Assembly: GCF_009914755.1 (NCBI RefSeq)
Contig: NC_060936.1
From: the human T2T-CHM13v2.0 reference genome, Homo sapiens
Length of the DNA stretch: 64,000 nt
Strand: one strand, 5' to 3'
This document shows positions 12,731 through 27,517 of the stretch, in pieces (positions within the stretch are counted from its first letter, which is position 1; the number at the start of each line of letters is the position of its first letter). Position numbers and translations under genes: made by a program. The notes below the pieces were generated by a model. The model was not told the origin of the DNA. It saw nothing but the letters and a program-made list of their open reading frames with translations, and did no database searches.

Positions 12731-14099
12731 AGAACTGCTTAAAATTCCTACTTAAAGACAGATGATGGGGCCTTTAAAGATAAATATTTAAGCATGTTTC
12801 TAGTGATTCTTACAAATGAAAGAAATGGTTCAGAAGTTTAAATGTGGTTCCTCATCACATTAAATATAACTTTTCTTTAAGTTAATATTGACTTCAAATA
12901 ACTAAAATATTTGAGACTACTTAAAGGAGTTTAAGAAATCTTTATTGCTCTAAGAATTTTGTTAATCATCTGCCTAGCAAACCTAATACAGTTAAGCCTC
13001 AAATTAAAATTTCAATTATGGAGAATCTGAACCAAAGATATTTAATTTTATGTTTGTGTGTGTGTCTACGAAAATATACTTAATACACACACACACACAT
13101 ATATATGTATGAAGTCTTTTTGTATTGAATTTTTTGTCTGTAAAACCCCGGCAAGAGAGAGACTATACGTAATTACTGCCCTTCTTAGAAGTGTGGAGAC
13201 AGATACATTTACTTCATGAATGGCTCATTTGAAATAACTATGGGAAGAAACTAAATCTCCAAAGATCTTATAAAAAATACTATACAAAGCTTATATGAGA
13301 TTTTATATTAACAGGAACAGATGTGGAAAATTCTAGATTAAGATGTCAGCATTATATTTAAATATACTTTAATTTGATTTTTTTATTTAAAAAGCCATAA
13401 TTATTCTTGCTATTAGACACTCTCTTGTAAGTTTTACTGGAATGAATAATTTAGATTGATTCAAGCACACATTTAAATTCCTTACATGGTTTATTTATTA
13501 GGGAACATTCACATTATTATATCTTATATCAAACATTGGAACATTATGTGTGGCTAATTATATCAGAAAAAGTCAATTTTATAAAACAGCTACATCTCGT
13601 GTTTTGAAATCCTCCCCATCCCCACTCTTTAAAAGCATGACTGGTTTGAATACATTTGTTGCTCATTTTTAAGGATAGGGTAGGGGCAGATAAGAAACTA
13701 ATTATTCTCTAGAGGAAAAAAATATGCTACCCTTTCCAGAGTATAAAGAGACTGGGGAATTCTTCATTCACTCCCTATATAGACCATTAACATTAAAAGT
13801 TATATAGGATATTCTAAGTGCAGTTGAGATTGGACTACATATTCTTTAAATCACAGCCCTATTCTTAGATACTAAATAATTCCAAGGAAAACTGGGCTCT
13901 GGAGATCTACATTTTTGTATAACACAGTGCCTGGAAAGCTATATTTCTTGATGCATAAAAGAAAATAGCAGTTTTTACATTAAAGGCTTTGTGAAAAATA
14001 TTAGAGATAACACATGTAAAATGCATAGAACAGTGCATTGCCTAGCACATTACAACTAATCAATGTGATTATTATGTACATATTACATATAAAATAGAT

Positions 14100-14620
14100 A
14101 ATGTCATTAGCATGCAAAGGATGAGGAAAAAAATGAAGCAGAATATATGCACACAAGGAGGTAAGAGTAATCAGGAACAAAACAAATAGATATTAGGTAT
14201 ATCAAGACCATGAAGTGCAAGATGGGAAGCAGAGAGATAAAGCTGGTGAGATACACAGGGAGCAGATAATGTAGGGATTTATGGACTACATAAAGCCATT
14301 TGAAATTAATCCTAGGGTTGTTAGGGAGTGATTGAGGGGTTTTAGGCAGCTAAAAAATAAGATTTAGATAGGTCTGTTTAGCTTAAGCGTGACTAACGGA
14401 TTATAGGAAGGCAAGACTAGAAGCAGAAAGACTATTGTAGTATGATGGCTTGAGCTGGAAAGAAGAAAATCAACAGATTTGAGAGATTTTTTTTTAAAAA
14501 ATGCAATTGACTACATTTGGTAATAGTACATGGACATGTGTAGAGGAAGAATTAGGACAAGGAAGAGCAGAAGCAAAGAAGAAACCCAGGTTTCAGGTTT
14601 GGTCACCTGGGTAGAAATCA
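14100..14620 (-). mobile_element. Degraded L2 fragment
   Basis: ggcaagactagaagcagaaagact...cccaggtttcaggtttggtcacctgggtag is L2-like. Confidence 0.55.
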
Positions 14621-16759
14621 CTGCCCTAACTCCTATTACATTTTCTCAGGTTTTCTTCTTTATCCTAGAGTTCTTTCCTTATCCAGCTTCTGTTTATACA
14701 TTCAATTATTTGAGAAATGTATTTTAAATACTTACAATATGCCAGCATCTATATGTTAAAAATTCAAAGATTCTCCTCTGTTCAGTTCTCTTCTGAATTT
14801 TACAGAGGATCACAGAATCTCAGGGCAGGGACAATTTAAAAAGCAGGTAGTTCAAACTCTCAGCCAAAAGTTGAATCCTCGATGCAATAATCCTACTATG
14901 TACATATGCCTGTCAGGTCAATATTAGACATAATTATGGTGAACAATTCCCTTTCAAAGTGGTCAATTCTTTCTTCCTACCTCTGTGATTGCTAATAATT
15001 CTCCTACAGTCAGCTCAATTTATCTGTACTAACCCCTGACTTCTGGCCTAAGGTCTTATCACAAGGCCATAAAGAACACGTTTGGTTGTTCATTCTGTTG
15101 GCAGCATCTATATCTTTGTTCTGTATATACCACATATTCCTATTTCTACCAGTCTTTGAGGACATGGCTTTGTGTCATCTCACTAGTATGGTCATGTTCC
15201 TCTGAACATATGCTGGTTTTAATCCACTTTAAGTAACTTTCCCAGAAATGAACACAATACCCAGCTACAATCTGGTAAATGCATCGAATTTTGACCCTGT
15301 TACTGCTATTACGGATATTGAAAAACATTAAATTATTTGTCAGGCATTGCTCATTTGCCTACCTTGTAGAAAGTTTTTTCTTAGGAGCTACAGGTAAATT
15401 ATATATGTTCCCCTATATAGAAGAAATCAGTAAGTATAGTCCTAAAGCTGGCTGCAGTATTATAAAAATTCCTCTATAAAATTTCATCTTGTCAGATTTG
15501 GATGCCTCTGTAAAAATCATCCTTAAGTATATTCTTTATCTAAAAACTGAGCTATGCCTTCTAGCTTCACACTTTGACAAATCTGATGTTCTTATTTAAA
15601 TCATGTGTGAAAGTGCTGGGTTATGCCACCTTCTGTTTCACTTAGTCATCATCAATTCATTTGTGAAGCCCCTTTGGTTATTTGTCTTTAGCTGGGAGAA
15701 TGTCTTGTAAATAAGAACATTAGGGTGCCTTTGAGTTTTCGGCACTTTTCTCATTCTCCACAAAGATTTAAAAAGTGAACATGAACCCTGAAATACTTAA
15801 ATGCAATAATTAGTTTTCATGTCCATCTCTCTACAAGCTCTTTGAAGAACAGAACTACCTAATTCAAATATCAGTAATTTAAAACATTTCTTGGGACATA
15901 CTGAGCAAAAGAATGAAAAATTATCATTTTCATGTTCTATTAATATTAATCCAGGATTTACATCAATTAAGATAAATAAGAATTTATTTAGAAAATGACA
16001 TTATCTTCTATTATATGTAACTATCTTGATTTTAATTTTTCATATACTAATTTTTATTTTACTCTTTCCAGATCAAAAATGTTTCTCCTGGCAGAAATTA
16101 TGGAGCCAGCACAGGGCTTCTGTTCTACTCACTTTGTTAATATATTAACATTGAACTGCTGGCTCAAAACAGCAACTCTATTCCTTTTGTGCTGTTTTCC
16201 TTCCTCTAAATAGATCAAATATATCTAAATATATCTAAAAGAGAACACTTTGGTTTTCCTTAGCTTTCTTTTTACTAACAAATTTCAGTGCATTCTGACC
16301 CTTATCCTTGGGATATTATTATTATTTACGTTCAGGGAATTCTTATAATTGTCCTTGGTTGAAGGTAGGTAGGGCTATACATGATCACATGGCAAAGCAA
16401 CAGCAGCTCTATTTTAGTGAAAACAGAGAAGACAGGCTTCTGGAGTTCCAAGTAGGAAACTGGGACATATTTTTCCAGAGAAATTTTGAAAGCATTGGTT
16501 TTAGGTTCTAAAATGTTGTATATTATTATATTCATTGAATTAGTTGCCGAGGAATTTTCCTGCAGTAATTGTGTCTGTACTAAATAAACCCTCGACTAAA
16601 ATAAACAAACTGATCCAAGCACAAATATCTGTTCCAAACTAGGCCATAAAAGGATTTCATCTAAGGACTTCATTTTTGGAATGGGATGAAGGAGAATATA
16701 TGTGTTTGTGACAAGACTGGGAAAATCTCTCATGATCTCTTATTGTCAAAGTTTTGGGA

Positions 16760-16827
16760 ATATCTTGGCTCTATTGTTTCTGTAATCTGTGAGATATCCT
16801 GGCTCTGTTGTTTCTGTAATCTGTGAG
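16760..16827. repeat. Tandem duplication of 34-bp unit (atatcYtggctctRttgtttctgtaatctgtgag) x2
   Basis: Units 16760-16793 and 16794-16827 differ at 2 positions. Confidence 0.92.
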
Positions 16828-18868
16828 ATAATCTAATATCATGCAAGTGAATCCTTCTTTTTGCTTTATCTACCCAGAGACAGTTCCTACTGCATGCCTA
16901 CAAAACAAATTTTTGTGGGGGAAGCACAGACTTTTACTTTCTGTGTATATAGAATACTCAGATGGGAAAATGTACTCAGAGCTTCTAACACATCTTATAA
17001 ATTAAGTTCTGGAATACAGTTCATTTAAAAGTTTAATTTGGCATATAGGCACTTAACGAATATGTATTAAATGAAAGAATATTGTGGAGTTTCTGTGATA
17101 CCTTCACATATAAATATTTTCCATATCATTTATTTTGCTTACAGATATGTACACTCTGAACCTGCCAAATGCCAAAGATTAAAAGTGCAGTCTCAAAACA
17201 CATTAAAGATTACACACTGAAGGAGACCCTCAGGATTGTGATGGGAATAAATTAAGTAAATCTATAGAGCTTAACTTTTATGTCTGTGATATTCTAACAT
17301 AAAGATTTATTGGTAGTAATTAAGTGTGACTGCTTTGCTCCAAGGATAAACTGCTTCTCGAGAGAGGATGCTGCTGATAGCTGAGTCGGGGTGTTAATTT
17401 CATTTTAATGATATTGAAAAATTTGTTCACATATGAAATCTATTTTCCTTTAGCAGTGTTAACCATTCAGAATACATAGAAAAGTCTAACATATAATAAT
17501 ATATTATCTTTATTGTAACTAAAGATTGAAAATGATAAATTAGTATATTAACATTCGTATGATATCTTTCAACTTAAGTTACAAAATAGAGAAGATTTCA
17601 GCATGGATATATGCTTTACTAAAAAAATTATATAATGTTACGAGGCAAGAGAAAACATTAGCAGATAAAGAATTAAGCTAAATATTTCATCATTTATATT
17701 GCTGGAGATAAATAACAATTCAATGGATATTCTATCAATTTTAATATGTTCACTGCCTATTCAGGATGGTCTTGAGAATTAGAGAGGTGAATTACTGTTG
17801 AAACAGACATCCTCATCTTTAATCCCAGAAGTTTCTATAAGACTAAGGTTCTTGGAATGAAAATTGAGTGTAGAAATGTGAGTCCTCTAGAGTAACAGTT
17901 GTCAGATAGTCCAGCATAACAAGTCTTCAGTTTGAAAGAATAAGGTAGAAAAATGAAACAAAACATTTGAATAGACACCTACTTACGGCATTTCTGAACA
18001 CCAAAGATAAAGCAAAAATAAATAAATAAAACAGAGAGAGAGAGAGAGAGGAAAAAGAAATCCTACATGTTATATACAAAAGAATGGCAATCAATTGATC
18101 ATTAGCCATAACTAGAAGCAAGAAGAGCCATAACTTCAAAGGTCTGAGGACAAATTATTTTTAACCAATAGTTATATGTTTCAGGCAATTATCAACTGAT
18201 GTTAGGTGTGACACATATTTTCAGGTCTCTAATGACTTAAGGAATTTGCCACTTGCCCTATCATCACATTTCTAGAGATGCTGACATGTGAAACTGACAA
18301 CTAAATATATTCCAGGGGAGAAAAGTAAGAAATTTAATGAGATATATAATAAAAATATAATTAACACTGATGATTCAAAACTTGCTTAAGCAAGAATGTT
18401 GATGACATTAAATTTTATTAATTCCCTTGTAAGCTCATAGTTCTTGATTCTAAAGTAACAAATTTATCAAATTATAATACCATAAATGTTATTTTTAATA
18501 TTATGGGGGGCTTATACCTGTGCAACTTGAAAGTCTGTGACTAACCAAATCTTTCTGTGTCAGGTAGATTTAACTATTTGGAGCTTCCAGTTATGCTTTT
18601 TTTTTCCCCACTATTTACCTAAGCCATGCTCTACCAGCTTTACTGGAAATATGGCTGACAGTTTGATTTCTAATTGACTATTTTGTTAGTCAACAAATAA
18701 ATTCTGAACTTAGGCAAAGAAGAGAGTTTCTATTTATTGTGCCCTAAAATACTCAAATATAGTCTCTAAGTACAATTTGGTGAGTTGAACCTTATTCAGA
18801 AACACAGGAATTTTGGGGGGCAGGCCCATGTAGGTTTTAAATCTGAAGGGACCATCTATCATTCCATA

Positions 18869-19113
18869 CAGTGTAATTGTAGCTCACTGTAACCCCGAAT
18901 TCATAGGCTCAAGCAATCCTCCTGTCTCAGCCTTAGGAGTAGCTAGGCTACATGCACATGCCATCATGTCTGTCTAATGTATTTTTATTTTTTGTAAAAA
19001 CAGGGTCTCACTCTGCTGCCCAGGCTGGGTCTCAAATGCCTAGGCTTGAGCAGTTCTCCCACCTCAGCCTCCCCAAGTGCTCGGATTACAGGCATGAGTC
19101 ACCATTACTGGCC
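18869..19113 (-). mobile_element. AluJ, lacking its 3' end/tail
   Basis: agctcactgtaacc...ggctcaagcaatcctcctgtctcagcc...ggattacaggcatgag. Confidence 0.88.
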
Positions 19114-22100
19114 TGTGTGGTTGGCTTTAATCGGCTATCCTGAACTTCGAAGCTTTTAGGTTAAAACATAGGCTGGAAAGCTAAGAATGGGAAATACGTT
19201 CTTAAATATGAGGGCGAAAGGTATAAAAGAAAAAGAGTGAAATTTTCAGGTCTGGTTGTTCTAAACGTAATAGTAAAAGAGAAGATATTTTTGTTAAATA
19301 AGAAGAGGTGCCTGGAGTTCAAAGAAATCCAACAGAGAGTGATGGATAAGATCTCAGAGAGTCATGGCATCCCCAGATGAAGTCCGCATTGAATAAACTA
19401 TGAAGAATTATAATATTAATACTTAAACTAAATATTGAGAATAAGTGACTCACCCCTTAAATGTCAGGAGCCTACAGAGAAACTGCTCAAATTTTAAAAG
19501 GGAAAACCAATAAAATTACTGTGAAGCATTCAAAGAATTACAAGCTGAGTTTTAGTTTGACACAATTATTATAGGTTAACTATACTCTACATAAACCTGC
19601 TGGAGAAATTTATGGAATTGATGCTTTAAAGAAAAGTACAGCAAAGATGAGGCATAGTAAAGGCAAACTAGGCAGAGCAACAATAGATTGACTTTAGGCC
19701 GAGGTTACGTGTTACTCTGATGAAACAACAACAGCAACTGTTTAATAATTATCAGGAAGGTAAAGATGGACAAGACAAGATTTTCATGACTAGTGGGTGG
19801 TTTAGCAGATTCAATATTGTTGATTTCCTATTTCTCATAATAAGACAATAGAGAGAAATATAAGCAAAACTAATGCCTGGATCAGAAAACAAAGAAAAAG
19901 TAGGATTAAAGTAGGAAAACAAATCTTGTAAGTTGTTGTAACCTATGTGTGTTAAATTTACTGGATGGTAAGTGTGCCTCAAATTAAACCTTTGTTTAGG
20001 ACTGCCAAGTTACAAATTTCTGAACTTTGCAAAAATTTGGAATGTCTTAAATGCTGCTCTCTGAAAGTAACTCCCCCATATGGCTTTTTAAAAAATGTAC
20101 CATAATTAACTCCTCTAGAGATTTCTCCCAATTAAATTTAAAGTTACAGACTGTCAATTCTAAATAGCTGCTATCCTAGCAAATTTGAAAATAAGATATT
20201 GTCTAGTTCTGGCTATCCTCACAAAGACTAATGAATCTCTGCTATGAATTATGGGATAGTGAGCATAGCTCTGTTAAGTACTAAGTCTTGGAAACACCAT
20301 TTTGCCAGTCCAATGGATAGAATTTAGAAACAACTGATAGGATAGCACAGGTTGCAACTGTGTACGTACGATCTGTAGTGCTCAACATTATGAAAAATGT
20401 TGCTTCATTTATTGTTTTTATTTATTTTTAAATAAAATTTACTTAAAATTATTTTTCATCCTGATAGAAGACTAGCAAACATGAAATCGGAACCCAGAAA
20501 AGAGTGTAACTCATTAAAGTGCACTGAAAGAGGATACGGTTTCTTTAAAAAGAAAGAAAATTGGAATTGTTTAAATGAAATTTTAAACACTTGGAAAAAT
20601 CCAAGAATAGGCTGTCAACATTTAATAATATTAATAATTAACAATGTAAAATTCAATAGAAATAAAATTTGAAACCATGTAATTTAAAAGTAAATTGTCT
20701 ATCTCTAATAAAACTCATTATATGAAGACAACTTACTCTCTGGTAATCCAGAAATCAAGCCACAGTGGCATGCAAATTCCGAATAGGTGTTAACAATTAT
20801 TCATATAAGTCCTTTGAACACTGATTGCATGTTTATGCTCACAGGGCTATTGCTATGGGATAATCAATAATAAGGGAAATACTTTTGTGCTTTCATTAAT
20901 TAACTCTGACTTGCCTTGTTAAATCCATTTGAACCTAAATACCATTAATCCATGGGAAATAATCGTACTAAGAAATGTTAGCCATTTTTGCCTTATAGAA
21001 TGTTCTTAATATTCTTCTTAATATTAAAAGCAAGTATTCTACATAACACATCTTACAGTTACATTTTGCCAATACATGTTGCAAAATAAAACCCAAAGTC
21101 AAGCATGGTAACATATTTAAGGGAAGAATTAGTATTTTTTTCTGACTGTGAGGGTACTTAGTAGTTGAGAAACGAGTCTATAAAATTATTATCAAATCAA
21201 CCCAATAGTGTATAAGGTTAATGATAGCTAAACTTTAAATATGTTATTTTAAATCACTGTATAATTGAAATGTTTAACTTTAGTAGCTATTTAAAAAGAT
21301 ATTTCAGTTGGCTCCATCAACAACTAATGAAGTATGCAATGCACTGCCTCAATATCAGACTTATATGCAATTGTGAAAGCTGTTCAGATTGCCATTCTTT
21401 GTCAAGTATTTGTCTGGGAGAAATGAGAATTAACTTTCAAGGGAAATAAACTGAGTCCATTAGTCAGGCTGGGTTTTGATCATTTATATATTTTTAGTCT
21501 GGAAATCAACTGCCAACATTTAAAAATCTTAACAAAGGAAAGTATTTTTTAGAAGAATGTTTTTCTCAATAAATAGTCACGAAATAGAGTATATCATTAA
21601 TTGGTAGGACTAAACAAAACGAAGACATTTGAAAAAGATTATGATAATATTTAAATATATTTTTGAGTGATCAGTAACTAAAGAATAAATATATATTATT
21701 GATTATGGCTGAGCATTTGATTGTATGGTAGAAATAATTATGTTCTCAAAGTCATTTTTTTCTGGACAATATTCCTACTGAATTGGGATATATGTACATA
21801 ATTTTTAGTAACTAGCAAACTAATAAACAATTAGGTTAGTGAGTTGTTCTGCAACTTGTAAGTATATACTTCCCTATTATTAGTAAACATTTACAAAGCA
21901 AGTGAGAAAGCAAAATATGAAGTCAATTGATTAGCCTGTATATTATAATCCTAAGAGCCTATCTGTTACCAAATGATGATGAGAGCAGTGAATATTCTTT
22001 CATAGGAAAGAAGGAAAATGTGAAAACCAAAAACACAATGTAAGGAATATTTGAGAAGAAGGAAAAGAAATAATCAACCAATAGATTCTGGAATAAAGAG

Positions 22101-22753
22101 AAATTGATTTACATTTAAAGAACATGTCCTAAAGGTGCCATTTTGTCAATGAAAATGTTACTATGTATTTTTAAAATGTTATTTTGGGAACTACTTGCTT
22201 TCCAACAGCTGCTGCAACTCAAAATTGGCCAATTTTGCAAGTCATTTAAATGTCCTATATTATATATGAATGAAAAGATACACTATCAATTTCCTGACAG
22301 ATGCAAAACAATCTGCTCTGAGTCTAAAATAAGTTTATATTCAATCAGTCAGAGAAATGTTTCTCCTTTACTCCATTTCAAAGAGTAGATACTTATAATT
22401 GCCATGAGAGAAAACAAAGCTAGATGGTATAATCTCATTTTATCAAACCAATCAGGTTTTAATTTTGAACATCAATAGCATTGCATTACTTGTAAGGATT
22501 TTGAAACAAATCTATGGATGGTTACGTTGAAGAAACTGCTTATTTCAACTACAGGCCAAATATTTTTATACTCTTTTAAACAGTAGCTCATTATAACCAG
22601 GAAACATAAGCCCTGAGTGTTTTAGGTAGTATCTGGAAAATATTGGCTTCAATATAGTTCTTTTGTTTCCAACCACTCTCTTTTTAATTCCCTATAAATA
22701 ATAATAAGGAATTGATAAAAGTTAGAAAAAGAGGGAAAAATCCCCAAACCTAC

Positions 22754-22847
22754 TTTTTCTTTAGTCTTCGATCCTTCTCAGCTTGAGTTCCGAGTTTGCC
22801 TAACCCCAGGGACTCCTGAGCTGCAGCTTCAGTCTCCATAAAGCCTC
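22754..22847 (-). CDS. PPFIA2: PPFIA2 coding exon, 94 nt, (R)GFMETEAAAQESLGLGKLGTQAEKDRRLKK(K)
   Basis: ttctcttcacag|GAGGCTTTATG...AAGAAAAA|gtaggt. Phase 1 in, phase 2 out. The next constitutive exon (HELLEEA...) was not found and presumably lies beyond position 1. Confidence 0.97.
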
Positions 22848-25289
22848 CTGTGAAGAGAAGTAACTAAGTATTCAGATTATGTTGCATAGGTTGTGTCAAT
22901 TCTGAAGTCAGGTTGTTAAAGGTTTAGTTGAGCAACTGTTTAGTATCACATTTAAAAATTTTCCTTATATTACTAACCCAAGATGCATAAAATGGCATGG
23001 GTACATACATAAACATACACTGAGAAAATGAAAACAAAACAAAGCAGTACCTATGGGGATATAATTTGTTGCACCCAGTGGCAACATAATAAATGTGGCC
23101 TGTTCACTGACAAGACACTTAAATATACTGTCCCCAAGTCTTAAAGTCTGTTTTTATACTTTTCTTATGGAAAATAAGAGCAAATATCTATGCAGCGTGT
23201 GAGATTTGTTTATTTTTTCAACACGTTAAGTATTTGCAATATTTCACATATAATGGGATAAATGATAGCCAATTGGGTAGGAACTCAAGTATATGTTTTC
23301 TATTACAAGTTGAGAGAATGGAGAAACATTTGCTGACTTCTAAGAGCTCTTCATAGACTGCTCCTGGAAATTTGTTCTGCTCTACTGGCTGACTCCTATG
23401 TCCTTCACTATAAATCTTACTTCCAGAACTCGATGTGTTCTGGGCAGGTTCTTGTGTTGTTTTTTAAACTTCATAATATTTTTTGAAAAAATTCTAAATT
23501 TCTTCAAAAGAGCTTGATAAAAATAGTTATCACCAAGTAGGTCATAAGTTCTCATTTAGTGTCAATATATAATATGTATACCTTATATAACTTTGTAATA
23601 AAAGGAAGAAGAAAGAAAAGTATGATGTACATTAAACACATATCACAGGATTTCTAAACTTACAAAATTAATTCATAAATTATCTGTTGTAATTGAAAAA
23701 TAAGGACTTACTCCTATGTTCTGAAGTCGAGCTAAATGAAAATGCTCACTATTTTTAAATGAGTTAAGGTATATACTTTTTTTAATAAAAGAAAATTAAA
23801 CTCCAGTTAAGGTCAAGATTAGGTAGAAAGATTTAAGCTAATATAAACTCTCACAAAGACTATGCAAGAAATTTCATCACTATATCAGTAAATAACTATT
23901 GAAGACAACTTTTGCTCTTCTCTCATTGTAGTGGACACTTCCTTACTTAACATTTGCAGGACTCGACCAAGATATGGTTTCTCTTTAGCAAAGTAAAATA
24001 TCTTACCAAGGTGCCAAAAGCAAATTTTGATGTTACTGTTTTTAATACTTTATTTTACCAAATAATTTATAATACTGGATAATATTAACTTGGGAACATT
24101 GATATAAATAAATTAATCTCATTCCTGATAACCTTTTTACTGAACTATATAATTTTTTAAAAGTCTCCTTTAATTAAAAACACATTTATTGCTGTATAGA
24201 TCTAATTCAGAGATGTGGAGTTTGAGGGCCAAAATTTGTTTTAGTTATTATTCACATGTTTAATGAATACGGGTACTTAAATCTTTTTTTATTATGAAAG
24301 ATTTTTCTTCTTGGTATGGATTAGGAAAGCCTTCTACTGGTGACTAAAGTACTCTTGGGAAAGAAACATTTTCAAATGGGAAATTTTCCATTATGTACAG
24401 TGAGTGCATATTTTCATTTTATTTCTCTCATCTGTATCTTTGCCTTACTGTATATCAATAAATTATTATTCATAGTCTTCAAATAATAATAAAAATGTTT
24501 TCTTGAAATGTAAATGAAAATGAATGAGTCACTTAAAAGTTATAAAATTCTTGAATGGTCCATATAGGGACATAGAGATTGATGAGGCAGACATATTCAA
24601 TAAACAAGGAAAGATTTTCAACCACCAGGTGGCTAGATGAATCAGGCTTTTATTCTTCTGAGCAATATAAGAACATTTAAATTATGATTTAAATTTATTC
24701 ATATACCCAAAATTTTAATAGAAAAAAATCACATTTTTAAATAATAAAACTTGAAATAAAAGCAAAGAAAAATCTAGGAATATTTTGTGAGTTAAATCTA
24801 GACATTTTATTTTCTCATAACTATAAAATAAAAAGCATGAAGAACTTAGAAATACTCGGAGTATTGCAAAATCTAGTATCTTTTTTCAAAGCATTTGATA
24901 GATAACTGGAACTACATCCTACTCAAAAATGCCAAGTACAAATGGGTCGTAAGGCCATTGTAAGTAAAGCTATTTTTAAGCAACACATTCAGGCCAGTGC
25001 GCTTAACCAGGAGAAAAGTCCCAGCAAGTGCATATTTTCAGCCCAATTAAAACACTTCTGAGGGAGGACATTTTTTCACAGAATTGACCTAGCTGCTTCA
25101 CTCATCTAATGTTTATCTTTCCACATACTTGATAAACTAGCTGGTAAGGGTGACCTTAGCCAAACCAGCTTACTAATTATTTTACTCTATGGATGATTAT
25201 CTAAATCCAGTGAGAGTCTGTCTCATTCTTGTCTAGGCATCAGTGGGCTCATATGGCTATGTGAACTTCAGAAATATCTATTTATCTAT

Positions 25290-25602
25290 ACCAATATTTT
25301 ATTCACTCCCTACATGTGACTATTAAGCTCTTGAAATGTGCCTAATTCAGATGATGTATTGTAGGTGTAAAATACACACCAGGTTTTGAAAACGTGGTAG
25401 AAAAATACATGTAATTCATAAATTTTAAGTGATCATGTGTTAAAATGAGATTATTGTTTCTATATCAGGTTAAATAAAATATAGGATTAAAATTAATCCC
25501 ACCTATCTCTTTTAACTTTTCTTAATGTAGCTACCAGAAAATTTAAAATTACATATGTGGTTCACATTTGTGGCTTATATTGTATCAATGTTGGCCAGCA
25601 CT
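25290..25602. mobile_element. MER33-like hAT DNA transposon relic
   Basis: gtgtaaaatacacaccaggttttgaa...aaaattacatatgtggttcacatttgtggctt...ttggccagcact. Confidence 0.7.
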
Positions 25603-25608
25603 ATATAC

Positions 25609-26128
<520 letters not shown>

Positions 26129-26139
26129 GCCTGTGGAAA

Positions 26140-27058
26140 CTAGGGGTTACTCATTCTTCAGGAGGTCTATTAGGAAACTATGTGGAAAGAACACAATGAA
26201 CTCCACCCCTTTCATGGCCTGAAGTGCTTGGGCTTGAAGGTTTGAGTCCCATGATTCAGCAGACTACTTACATAATAAATTGTTTATCACCTTGTCAGGG
26301 TCCGCCTAGTGGTTGGGCATGAGCAAGGCAGCCTTCTTGCCCTCAAAGTTTTCTTGGCTATCACTCAGGCATCTTTACTTTTGTGAGGCCTTCGAGGACT
26401 TGGAATTATTGAGGGCAAGACCACTCCTAAGGTGTGACAGGCACAGTCAAGGATTTTTTTTTGCCAGCCCCTCTTCCTGTGTAAACAGTTTTGAACCACC
26501 AAAAAATCAGTGGGACAACGATCTACTGATTCAATCTCATACAATACCATTCTTGCCAGTGGGAGCGAGGGATCCAATTGCCAGACCACCCTCTTGAAAA
26601 CAGGGTCAGACCACTGTCTCAGGATGACTCCATAGATGCGACTCACTAGGCTCCCTGGGGCATCTGGTCGAGTGCATGCGTGGCGTAGAGTGTCAAAGAA
26701 AACCCTGAAGGGGAGAAACAGGGACCCAGGCTCCTGCTGTTTGGCTGGATCGGGCAACATGTCCAGATGGCACTACTTCCCTTCTGGTCCCAGTGTCTGA
26801 ACGGTAACTGAGAACATTTCGATGCTTCCAGTGATTAGACCCCGGGTCCGGGTCTCAGCTGGGGGTGCCTTGCCCAGATGGCACTGCCAGCCCTGAACTT
26901 TCCCAGACATCAGAGGGAGTCTTAAAATTTTTCAAGGAAGTTGCTACAAAATGTAGGGCTTGCGAAGGCTCAGGGCTCAGGGCACAGGAAGGAAACTCAC
27001 ATGCCTAGATCTGTGGATGGAACTAGTTGGAGGTATCTATTCATTTGGATTGTGAAGG
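26140..27058 (-). other. Unassigned GC/CpG-rich insertion with a decayed reading frame (possible retrocopy or endogenous viral element)
   Basis: Clearly more GC-rich than the flanks, with ~14 CpGs. Minus-strand frame 26931-26368 has a single internal stop. Confidence 0.4.
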
Positions 27059-27517
27059 TGTGGAAGTTGTTAGAATCAAAATGGAGTCACTATTGTTAAG
27101 AAAATCCTGGCAAGTAGAGCCAGGGAAGGCCATGAACAGAGGATTCTCATGCTCCTACGCACGATAGCAACAACAACAACAACAAAAGACCCTACGAAAG
27201 CCACAACCTTGCACGAAGGCCATTGCAATCCCATGCCAAAAAATATTTTTATAGGTATATCTGTCTGGCAATTGCCTGTCCAACCTCTGACTGGTGGCAC
27301 GCTTGTTATTAATTTGAGTAGCCAAAGATAATTATTTCAAAAAATTATGTAATGTTCTTAATTTTTTGCCTTTAAAAATCTTTGTCTTCCTTTCCTTCCC
27401 TGAGTATACACATAGTTTATAGTTTACTATGACATACATATTCTTATCACAATGCTCTATTCCTAAATAAACATCTTTTCTTTTAGAGAGCATCTCTATT
27501 TGGTATTTAGGTCAACA
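27059..27517 (+). mobile_element. Solo LTR, MER65-like (ERV1/MER4 group)
   Basis: TG...CA ends. Start tgtggaagttgttagaatcaaaatggagtcact resembles the recalled MER65 consensus. AATAAA near the 3' end. Confidence 0.78.

Noticed and set aside
22842-22850. CAG-GAG tandem acceptor at the 94-nt exon
   Set aside because: A distal GAG is rarely used when preceded by a strong CAG.
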